From: an uncultured Acidobacteriaceae bacterium
Lineage (GTDB): Bacteria > Acidobacteriota > Terriglobia > Bryobacterales > Bryobacteraceae
Assembly (NCBI GenBank): GCA_963846035.1
Contig: CAWJUK010000027.1
Span: 3,867 to 67,866, forward strand
Reading direction: 5' to 3'
DNA length: 64,000 nt
In this document: one piece after another, positions 43,370-51,112 of the stretch
How positions within the stretch are numbered: the first letter of the stretch is position 1
Layout: each line of letters opens with the position of its first letter
Program-made: the position numbers and the translations under genes
Notes under the pieces: model-generated
The model's input: the letters and a program-made list of their open reading frames with translations, nothing else
What the model was told of the DNA's origin: nothing
Database searches by the model: none

Positions 43370-43423
43370 GGCGAGCGGGAAACGCAGAGTGCTGGATCGG
43401 CCGAAATCTATGCCGTGCCGTAA
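43370..43423 (+). pseudogene. short relic of the 3' end of a GH13-type gene (..GSAEIYAVP-stop)
   Basis: TCGGCCGAAATCTATGCCGTGCCGTAA (43397-43423) matches the 3' end of the amylase gene, TCGGCCGAGATCTACGCCATGCCCTGA (35807-35833), at 22 of 27 nt. The peptides are SAEIYAVP* and SAEIYAMP*. An in-frame stop lies only 17 codons upstream. Confidence 0.4.
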
Positions 43424-43470
43424 GGCGGGGAACTCCCAAGCCTGAGCGTCTCTCACGATAACATTCAGGT

Positions 43471-45039
43471 ATGAGATTGTTCGCGTCTGCTGCTGTCTTA
43501 GCTCTGCCCGTTTGCTTCTACTCGGCCAGGAGCCCAATCCCACTCAAAACACGCCTCAGCAACCCCCTCCAGGGAATACAAACCCTATGTACCGCGTTCA
43601 GGTCGTCTCCCGTTCGGTCGCCGCCATCAGCTATCGCAATCGGAGCGGTTGGACGAAGGTGGATTTTCAAGGGACTTCACTAGCTCCCCAAGCGAAGGGC
43701 AACGCGCAGGTGAATAGCCGTCTCGGACACATGGAAATTAAAGATCGATGTCAAAGAATCTACCCGGCTCGCGAACTCTTTCGGACCGGAGTTTCTGACC
43801 TACGTTCTTTGGGCCATCACGCCCGATGGCCACGCAGCGAACCTTGGCGAAGTGGTGACCGATTCGAACGGAGCCTTCAAAGGCACCATGACAACCAACT
43901 TGCAGTCCTTTGGTCTCATCATCACTGCCGAACCATACTTTGCCGTGAGGCAGCCGAGCGATGTCGTCGTGATGGAAAACATTGTCCGCTCAGACACGAT
44001 GGGAAAAATCGAAACTATCAATGCGAAATATGAGCTTCTCCCGCGCGGGCAATACGAGTATCAAGTACCGGCTCAGCAATTGCATCCCGTTGACATGAGT
44101 AACAAGAAGAGCCCGCTCGAGCTGTACAAGCGATAAATGCGGTTCAGATAGCGCGCTACGCGAAAGCGGATCAGTACGGCGGCGATACGTTTCAGAATGC
44201 CGTTACTGCGCTGAACCAGGCGCAAGATTACCAGGCGCGCAAACAATGGAAGCCCGCGATCATGACTGCGACGGGAGGCAGTGCAAAAAGCCGAAGACGC
44301 GCGCATCATTTCGCTGCGCCGTCAGCAGCAGGAAGCGCTGGCGCAGGAACGCCAGGAAGCCGCCGCCCGGCAGGCCGCGGCGCAACAGCAGGCGCAAGCG
44401 GCAGAACAGCAAGCCCAGCAAGAAGCGCAGCAGCGCGCGGCCGCCCAACAGCAGGCCCAGCAGGAAGCCCAGCAGCGCGCCGCCGCCGAGCAGGCCACGC
44501 AGCAAGCCGATGCGGCCCGTGCTCAGGCCCAGCAGGCTGCTGCCGAGGCCGAGCGTCTCCGCCAGCAGGCGGAAACCGAAAAGAATCAGCTTCGTGAGCA
44601 GTTGCTGCAGCAGTTCAATGCCGTTCTGCCGACGCGGGAAACGCCCCGAGGCTTGGTCGCGAATATGCAGGACGTCCTCTTCGATACCGGCAAGTACACT
44701 TTGAAAGCGCCGGCGCGCGAGGCCCTGGCAAAAATATCGGGGATCGTCATTTCTCATCCCGGGCTGAACTTGCAAGTCGAGGGATACACCGACAGCACCG
44801 GTACTGACGAGCTGAATCAAAAGCTGTCCGAACAACGCGCCGATTCGGTGCGCGATTTCCTGATCGGCCAGGGTGTAAATCCTCAGAACGTCACGGCGCT
44901 GGGGTACGGAAAAAGCTATCCCGTCGCCTCGAACGACACTGCGGAAGGGCGAAAGCTCAATCGGCGGGTGGAACTCGTCATTTCTGGCGAAGTTATCGGG
45001 GTGAAACTCGGCGTTCCGCCCTCGACGACGCCGCAATAA
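43471..45039 (+). pseudogene. OmpA-family protein with DUF4398-like helical region and Gln/Ala-rich coiled coil; four frame breaks (about 43528, 43741, 44133, 44270)
   Basis: The joined reading is: signal peptide MRLFASAAVLALPVCFYSA / QEPNPTQ..HMEIK / IDVKESTRLANSFGPEFLTYVLWAITPDG..LELYK / AINAVQIARYAKADQYGGDTFQNAV..AIMTA / REAVQKAEDARI... The OmpA C-terminal domain is LQVEGYTDSTGTDELNQKLSEQRADSVRDFL..GYGKSYPVASNDTAEGRKLNRRVELVI. Confidence 0.8.
44413..44493 (+). repeat. imperfect tandem duplication (about 42 nt) inside the Gln/Ala-rich coiled-coil coding region
   Basis: GCCCAGCAAGAAGCGCAGCAGCGCGCGGCCGCCCAACAGCAG is followed by GCCCAGCAGGAAGCCCAGCAGCGCGCCGCCGCCGAGCAG (AQQEAQQRAAAQQQ / AQQEAQQRAAAEQ). 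This composition also generates spurious ORFs in every frame here. Confidence 0.7.
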
Positions 45040-45111
45040 AAAGAGATTTGCATTATCTTGGCCGCAACTCTCCCGTCTGAATCGGATCTAGTCTCTTCGT
45101 CCGAAGAGATC

Positions 45112-46289
45112 ATGGATCTCGAGCGCAGTTATCTCGTCCAGAACTATGCGCGATATCCGGTGGTCCTGCATAGCGGCAGAGGTTGCTATCTTTACGACGC
45201 TGCCGGAAAGAAATATCTCGATCTGATCAGCGGAATCGGCGTGAACGCGCTAGGTTACGCGCATCCGCGTATCACGAAGAATCATCCGCCAGCAAGCCAG
45301 CCTTCTGATCCATACATCGAATCTTTACTACAACGAATATCAGGGCCGATTGGCGGAGCGGTTGGCCCGAATTACGGGCCTCGAACGCAGTTTCTTCTGC
45401 AATTCTGGCGCGGAGGCAATGGAAACCGCGCTGAAAATAATTCGCGCCCGCGCAAACGCAATTGGCGGCGGTAAGCATGGAATCGTTGCGCTTGAGAATT
45501 CGTTTCACGGGCGTACGCTCGGAGCGCTCTCGATTACCGGGCAAGAGAAATACCGCAAAGATTTCGAGCCGCTTCTTCCAGGCGCTCGATTCGTCCCCAG
45601 AAATGATATTCGGGCTCTCGAGGCGGCCGTTGACGGCGGCACGGCTGCAATTGTTCTCGAATTGATCCAAGGGGAAGCTGGCGTGCGGCTCATCACGGAG
45701 GACTTCGCTCGCGCCGCACGTGACCTCGCTTATCGCCACGATGCCCTTCTGGTGTTCGATGAGATTCAATGCGGAATTGGCAGGTCCGGCGCTCCCTTCG
45801 CGTATCAATTATTCGATCCCGTGATCCTGCCTGATATCGTGATCGCGGCAAAACCCATGGCGTGCGGCATCCCCCTCGGCGTAGCCGTCGCCTCCGAAAG
45901 CGCCGCTTCCGCCCTCAAACCGACGATGCACGGATCCACGTTTGGCGGAGGTCCGCTCGCCTGCCGTGTCGCCTTAGAGTTCTTCGACATTCTCGAGGAA
46001 CTGCTTCCGGCCATTCGCGTCGTGGGCGTCTATTTCCGCTCGCGGCTTGCGGATCTGATGAGTCGGTTCTCGTTCATTAAGGAAGTTCGGGGTCAGGGGC
46101 TGATGATCGGTGTCGAACTCGATATACCCGGCAAGCCGCTTGTACTTGAGGGCATCGATCGAGGGGCTCCTTTTCAACTGCACCCACGAAACGGTTCTGC
46201 GCTTTCTGCCGCCATACATTTTCAGGGAACAGGAAGTGGATCGCGCGATCACGAAGCTGGTGAAGATTTTCCGGCGCGCGAGGCCCTAA
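45112..46289 (+). pseudogene. argD: acetylornithine aminotransferase (class-III PLP); two frame breaks (about 45279 and 46164)
   Basis: The joined reading is [38 protein letters not shown] / [72 protein letters not shown] / LLFNCTHETVLRFLPPYIFREQEVDRAITKLVKIFRRARP-stop (46287-46289). The second break lies in a GGGG run at 46163-46166. Confidence 0.85.
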
Positions 46290-46295
46290 GCAAAG

Positions 46296-47102
46296 TTATC
46301 CGGCGCCGTGGTGTACGTGGGGGTGTGCAATCGCCTCCCCGGCCTCATGCGAGTGGCGATGGGCAGAGAGTAATCTCGCGCGCTGAAGCAGACGCACATC
46401 GTGCAGAATCTGCAGAGGAGAACCTTCCGCAATAATGCGTCCCTTCTCGAAAATCAAGCACTGATCCGAAATATCCTCGAGATTATCCAGATCGTGCGTA
46501 GCGGTAATTACCGTTTTTGTTCCGCCACGCCAGGAAACGAGGAGGTCCAAAATCTGGCTCTGGCTCTGCGGATCGAGCGCTCCGATAGGCTCATCAAGTA
46601 AAAGTACTTCGGGATCCAGAATCATCACAGAGGCAAGCGCCACGCGCTTCCGCTCTCCACCGGATAGCTGATGAGGAGAACGACTTCGCAAATGTGCGAT
46701 ATCCATTGCTTCCAGAGCCTCTTCCACTCGTTCGCGAATCCTTTCCTTTGGCCAGCGCAGTTGCAGCGGACCAAACGCGACCTCATCGAAAACTGTCGGG
46801 TTGAAAAGCTGAACGTCCGGATTTTGGAAAAGCAAGCCGACGCGTCTTCGAAACAGAAATGCAAACTCCCGTTCTTCGAGCCGTGCTTCGCTGATTTGCT
46901 CGCCCGCAAAACGAACCGTCCCCGAATCCGGGAAAATGAGTCCATCCAGCAGGCGGAGCAATGTGGATTTGCCGGATCCATTTGCGCCAAGCAGCGCCAC
47001 TCGCTCTCCCCGTTGAACTGTTAACGAGAGTCCGTCAAGCGCAACCACCTGGTTAAACCGGACGACAACATTGCGAACGTCAAACAAAGGCGATTCCGCC
47101 AT
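46296..47102 (-). CDS. cbiO: ECF (cobalt/nickel-type) transporter ATP-binding protein
   Basis: Walker A is GANGSGKST, the signature is LSGGERKR, and Walker B is LLLDEP. The C-terminal tail is His-rich (HRHSHEAGEAIAHPHVHH). Its ATG abuts the stop of the upstream permease gene. Confidence 0.85.
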   Translation of the reverse strand: MAESPLFDVRNVVVRFNQVVALDGLSLTVQRGERVALLGANGSGKSTLLRLLDGLIFPDSGTVRFAGEQISEARLEEREFAFLFRRRVGLLFQNPDVQLFNPTVFDEVAFGPLQLRWPKERIRERVEEALEAMDIAHLRSRSPHQLSGGERKRVALASVMILDPEVLLLDEPIGALDPQSQSQILDLLVSWRGGTKTVITATHDLDNLEDISDQCLIFEKGRIIAEGSPLQILHDVRLLQRARLLSAHRHSHEAGEAIAHPHVHHGAG

Positions 47103-49034
47103 TCACCGCCCCAGGATCAGCGCGGTGGTTGCGACTGCGACCAAAAGTCCGAGCTGTATCCAATCACGCGAATTGATAGCAAATTCATCCAGCAGGTACA
47201 CTTCTCCCTGAAAACCGCGGGACCGCATGGCCGCGTGGACCTCAGTGCTGAGCTGAAAGCTCTTGGAAAGGAGCACCCCGACGGTCGCCGCTGCAAGCCG
47301 CCTCCGCTCTGGTCCTTCGAGCGTTCCGATTAACCGGCTCTGGCGCGACTCGAACATTTCGCAAGCCGTCTTCAAAAGCAGGATCACGTATCGATAAGTC
47401 ATCCCTAAAATCACCACCGCCGTCACCGGAATACGAAAGAACCGCAGCGCCCGTAAAACGCCCGCCCACTCCGTAGTTAAAACGAGAAGTGCTGAAAATG
47501 TCGCAGCTGTTTCCGCTCGAAGCACCAACAACGAAGAGGTTGTTAAGCCTTGCTTCGTGATCTGCCAATGCAGTACGGGGACTTGACCAACGATGGATCC
47601 GCTGGTTAGGAACACGGCTGGAAGGGCCACGACTCCGCTGAAAATGAAAACCGGCATCCAGATCTTTGTAAGAAGCGTTTTCGGTGGGACGTGCGATGCA
47701 GCCGCCGCGAGCGCCGCGATACCGAACAGGGCGAGCAAGACCGGGATGCGGTAAACAGCGGCAGCGGCAATCACTAAACAGGCTATTCCGGCAACTTTCA
47801 CGCGAGGATCCAATTCCTGCAGCAGTCCTCGCGATCTGGCGAGTTCTTCTGCAAACACCGAATGCTCTAGTGCCTCACCTAAGCCTTTTACGGTTTTTTC
47901 GATAAAGCCGCGGCGAAATCTTCCTGCATGAGCCGGAGGTCCGGGTCCAGAACTGTACTGCTTCTGCCTTTTCAGGAGCAAATCGAGCAGCAACAGAACC
48001 AGAATGATCAGGCCCACGCCGGCCATTGCGGAAACCAAATATCCGAAAGAGGCGCTTCGGATGAAAACAGGAGCATAGCGCGGCAGGGGTGCGGTCCATA
48101 TTGTCGAGAGCCGCTCGAAGCCGCGGGGCGGCGGATTCGGAGGGAGACGATTGGCGGAAGCCGCGCTGATCTGCCGTCGAACGCCGGGGTCTCTGAAGTC
48201 TCGCGCGCTCCATTCGCCCCACGCGCTTCCTACCGCCAGAACACCGAGTGGCGTGAGCACGAGTAGCACGCTGAGAGCAAGCCAAAGCCGGCGCAAACTT
48301 GGCACTGCCGCTCCCTCGCCGCTTCCGGCTATGGCGCTATCCCGATCGGGCGCATCCGGAGCCGTCTGTTTCAACAACGCCGGATCGGCTCTTTGCAAGT
48401 AAGCCACAACTCCGCCGGTTATGACGAGTTCCGCCAGACCTGCGAACGTCACGTGGCCGATTAACATCGCTGGTATCGAAATGCTGAGTGGGTACGGGCA
48501 ATAGAGTGGCGTGCCCGTCGCGTCGTGGAAGAGCATCGGCTGAATGCCAAATTCGATGCCCGCGCACAACGCCGAGAGATTGATTGCTCCGTATCCAGCA
48601 ACGGCGGCTGCAATCACGCGCCTGCGCGAACCAATTCGAGCGCCCCTGCTGAGTAGGCGATAAAAGCCGTACGCGGCGAGTGAGCCCACAATCGCCATGT
48701 TGAAGCAGTTCGCCCCAATCGTTGTCACTCCGCCATCGCCAAAGAAAAGAGCCTGAATCACTAAGGCTGTCGAAATCGCAAGAATGGATGCCCATGGTCC
48801 GAGAATCACAGTGGCGACGCCCATCCCTACCGCATGTCCCGTTGTGCCGCCCGGAAGCGGAAGGTTGAACATCATAATCACGAAAGAAAATGCCGAAAAA
48901 ACTGCGATCAGCGGCACAAATCGCGTATTCAGAAGTTTCTTGATTCGGCTCAGTGCCACATACCAAAATGGCGTTGCCGTCGCATAAAGAGCAGCGCACG
49001 TCTCGGGGCTCAAATACCCATCTGGAATGTGCAT
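47103..49034 (-). CDS. fused ECF-transporter membrane protein: CbiM/NikM domain, CbiN/PDGLE-like linker and CbiQ domain
   Basis: The N-terminus MHIPDGYLSPE..GTTGHAVG is CbiM type. The middle region has LWLALSVLLVLTPLGVLAVGSAWGEW and a second TM segment. The C-terminal 260 aa have CbiQ-like topology. It is a single ORF of 643 codons. Confidence 0.75.
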   Translation of the reverse strand: MHIPDGYLSPETCAALYATATPFWYVALSRIKKLLNTRFVPLIAVFSAFSFVIMMFNLPLPGGTTGHAVGMGVATVILGPWASILAISTALVIQALFFGDGGVTTIGANCFNMAIVGSLAAYGFYRLLSRGARIGSRRRVIAAAVAGYGAINLSALCAGIEFGIQPMLFHDATGTPLYCPYPLSISIPAMLIGHVTFAGLAELVITGGVVAYLQRADPALLKQTAPDAPDRDSAIAGSGEGAAVPSLRRLWLALSVLLVLTPLGVLAVGSAWGEWSARDFRDPGVRRQISAASANRLPPNPPPRGFERLSTIWTAPLPRYAPVFIRSASFGYLVSAMAGVGLIILVLLLLDLLLKRQKQYSSGPGPPAHAGRFRRGFIEKTVKGLGEALEHSVFAEELARSRGLLQELDPRVKVAGIACLVIAAAAVYRIPVLLALFGIAALAAAASHVPPKTLLTKIWMPVFIFSGVVALPAVFLTSGSIVGQVPVLHWQITKQGLTTSSLLVLRAETAATFSALLVLTTEWAGVLRALRFFRIPVTAVVILGMTYRYVILLLKTACEMFESRQSRLIGTLEGPERRRLAAATVGVLLSKSFQLSTEVHAAMRSRGFQGEVYLLDEFAINSRDWIQLGLLVAVATTALILGR

Positions 49035-49110
49035 GCGCGCGCGCTCGAAGCGATAACACGATTATTGCATTCATATGCGGCCTGTTGTGTTCTCTGCGCT
49101 TTTTTCGCTC

Positions 49111-49495
49111 TGGGTCGTGACCTCGGCAGCGCGGCGTCGTAGAGACCGTCCGCGCCTTCCTTTCCGCCGGCGCAAAGGTTATTGTGCCAGCGCGCGAGAT
49201 GGCGAAGGCGAAGGCAAACCTGGCCGACATGCCGGACGTCCGCTTGAGATCATGGACCTGCTCGATCCGGGCTCAATAGATGCCTTTGCGGAACAGTTCC
49301 TTAGAAATAGCTTCACATCCTGGTCAACAATGCCGGGATCATGGCCCTACCCCGTAACGAGTTGGAGCAGGTGGTGCGCGACGCTACTGGCGGTAAGGGC
49401 GCGAAGGTCGCGCTGATGTGTTGGCGCATCGTGTTTCCTGCATTTCTGAACTCCTTGGCAGTAGGGGGGGCGCATGGTCGTCTATAGCGTGGCGT
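49111..49495 (+). pseudogene. decayed N-terminal fragment of a short-chain dehydrogenase/reductase (several frame breaks, truncated)
   Basis: Reading across three frames gives WVVT(G)A..ETVRAFLSAGAKVIVPAR.MAKAKANLADMPDVRL / EIMDLLDPGSIDAFAEQFLRNS / LHILVNNAGIMALP. No intact ORF or C-terminal half is present. Confidence 0.55.
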
Positions 49496-49504
49496 AGGGC
49501 GGCC

Positions 49505-49798
49505 GTGAACCCACGCTGGATCTGTTTGCGCTGTACCGCAAGCGCCACCAGATATTCCGGTCTTCGAAAAACTCGATCTCAAGGATGTAACGATCGCCGG
49601 CCACTCTACCGGGGTGGGGAAGTCACCCGGTATATCGGACGTCACGGCAATAAGCGGGTTAAGAAAGCGGTGCCAATCGGGGCCATTCGTCGGGTGATGG
49701 TTAAGAGCGACGAGAATCCCGGTGGATTGCCCATCTCTGCCGTAGACGACATTCGCGCCGGTGTTGCTGGCAACCTGCGCAATTCTTTCGTGATTTGA
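49505..49798 (+). pseudogene. internal fragment of an alpha/beta-hydrolase (non-haem haloperoxidase/esterase type); frame-broken, lacking both ends
   Basis: [17 protein letters not shown] / [54 protein letters not shown]. The nucleophile-elbow region G-H-S-x-G is present. About 80 N-terminal and 90 C-terminal residues are missing. Confidence 0.55.
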
Positions 49799-49808
49799 GC
49801 CTGCCGTT

Positions 49809-50090
49809 TTATGGGTACAACAGGCCCGGGCATTCAGCGGCGTGTTTCAGGGGTTTGCCATCGGGTCCCATGCGAACTTGGTAGGATTCTTGTTTCTTGA
49901 CCTCGCCTTTCAGGCTGATTGTGTCTTGCTCTTGCCAGGTGTAGGTGGCCAAGGCTTGTTTGTTCTGAGCTGACGCCGCTTTCACGTCAGCCAGACGTTG
50001 TTGCACTTCAGGGCTCTGTGCCATCGCTCGGAGGCCCATCAGTGCTGCTGCGATCAGAATGCCGGCCAGAAATAGAGTTTGGATTCTCAT
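49809..50090 (-). CDS. small secreted protein of unknown function, possibly 3'-truncated
   Basis: ATG 50090 gives the signal peptide MRIQTLFLAGILIAAALMGLRAMAQS. Length is 93 aa. It ends abruptly (..KHAAECPGLLYP) 10 nt from the hydrolase relic. Confidence 0.5.
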   Translation of the reverse strand: MRIQTLFLAGILIAAALMGLRAMAQSPEVQQRLADVKAASAQNKQALATYTWQEQDTISLKGEVKKQESYQVRMGPDGKPLKHAAECPGLLYP

Positions 50091-50282
50091 TCTTAAGTAC
50101 ACCCCACCGCGGTTGATGCGATTCCGGATCGGGGCGGTGCACATTTTGCTGCTAAACGCCATCGCCCCCGGCCACCCGTGCTACAGTCTATAAAATTTGA
50201 GTCCGCGCAACGGGCCGAGAATCCTGATAACACGGGAGGGGCTATCCACATCGAGAAGTGGCCAGCAACTCTTGCAAGGAGA

Positions 50283-50882
50283 ATGCAATTGCAAACGCCA
50301 AAATTGATAATGGTTTCCGCACTGTCCGCGTTGTGTGCGCATTTTAGCGTCGCGGGGAAAGCCGAGAGTGCTAATCCGAACACTGATTTGCCGCAGCAAT
50401 ATTCGGCTACCGCGTTCGGCCAAGCCGGAGCCGCTGCAGGCAAAAGCTTTGGACTCAACGTGTATATCACGGGATGGACAAGCGACGGGGACATCCAGGA
50501 ATTGGCCGCCACCCTGAGAAAGGGTGGACCGAATGCACTGGTCAGCTCTCTGGAAAAGACAAAAGAGGTGGGCCGGCTTTCTCCAACTGGATTTGTAGGC
50601 AGCGCCTTTCGTATTGCCCGGAACAGGCCAACCGGAGCAGCGGATGGGCTTCACATTGTTATGGTGACCAATCGTCCCATGTCGTTTTACGAGCTTCGCA
50701 ACGGCACCCGTTCGAGAGATTACCAGTTTGGAATAGCGGTACTTGATGTCGACAAAGACGGTAAGGGTACGGGGACACTAGCACCCGCATGCAAGATCAA
50801 ATTCAACAAGAAAGGTGAACTCGAGATCGAGCACTACGGGCAGAAGCCGCTCCGGCTTGCTAACGTAAGGCGGGTGAAGTAG
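50283..50882 (+). CDS. secreted protein of unknown function
   Basis: AAGGAG lies 4 nt upstream of ATG 50283. The signal peptide is MQLQTPKLIMVSALSALCAHFSVAGKA. Length is 199 aa, and I recognise no family motif. Confidence 0.6.
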   Translation: MQLQTPKLIMVSALSALCAHFSVAGKAESANPNTDLPQQYSATAFGQAGAAAGKSFGLNVYITGWTSDGDIQELAATLRKGGPNALVSSLEKTKEVGRLSPTGFVGSAFRIARNRPTGAADGLHIVMVTNRPMSFYELRNGTRSRDYQFGIAVLDVDKDGKGTGTLAPACKIKFNKKGELEIEHYGQKPLRLANVRRVK

Positions 50883-50956
50883 CGGCGTTCAAAGAACTTC
50901 GAAAAGCGCCTGCACGGGAGCGGGGAATGGGAGGATGCGAGATCCAGCTAAGTTGT

Positions 50957-51043
50957 TGGTGCGGATGAGAGGACTTGAACCTCCACTTGGTTGCCCAAAC
51001 TAGAACCTGAATCTAGCGCGTCTGCCAATTCCGCCACATCCGC
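50957..51043 (-). tRNA. tRNA-Leu (anticodon CAG), long variable arm, CCA encoded
   Basis: Minus-strand sequence: GCGGATGTGGCGGAATTGGCAGACGCGCTAGATTCAGGTTCTAGTTTGGGCAACCAAGTGGAGGTTCAAGTCCTCTCATCCGCACCA. Acceptor stem: GCGGATG/CATCCGC. Anticodon stem: CTAGA/TCTAG, with loop TTCAGGT. T-loop: GGTTCAAGTCC. Confidence 0.92.
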
Positions 51044-51112
51044 AAGCGTGGGTGGACCACACCATTGTAGCCTCGCTGCTCGATGCTTCCCATCTGTTAA
51101 CCTGCGATTGCG

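Noticed and set aside
44246-45036. Several long ORFs in all frames and on both strands across the Gln/Ala-rich region (44246..44704 +, 44262..44597 +, 44260..45036 -)
   Set aside because: They are a by-product of GCN/CAG-rich repetitive coding sequence. Only the frame that continues into the OmpA C-terminal domain makes biological sense.
49050-49068. Imperfect palindrome GCGATAACACGATTATTGC just upstream of cbiM, considered as a possible operator
   Set aside because: Only 6 of 9 positions are symmetric, and it matches no operator consensus I know. This is too weak to call.
48337-49230. 297-aa minus-strand ORF spanning the cbiM 5' region
   Set aside because: It is out of frame with the strongly supported CbiM domain (MHIPDGYLSPE..), and its translation has no features.
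49035-49250. Cobalamin or NiCo riboswitch upstream of the cbiM fusion
   Set aside because: Read on the minus strand, I found no B12-box-like element (GCCACTG context) and no convincing conserved stems. The region instead overlaps an SDR relic on the other strand. Only a covariance-model search could settle this.
50883-51112. Integrase, att-site duplication or mobile element flanking tRNA-Leu
   Set aside because: No integrase- or transposase-like ORF appears within several kb, and I could not see a repeat of the tRNA 3' end by eye. Only gene relics are present; these are reported separately.
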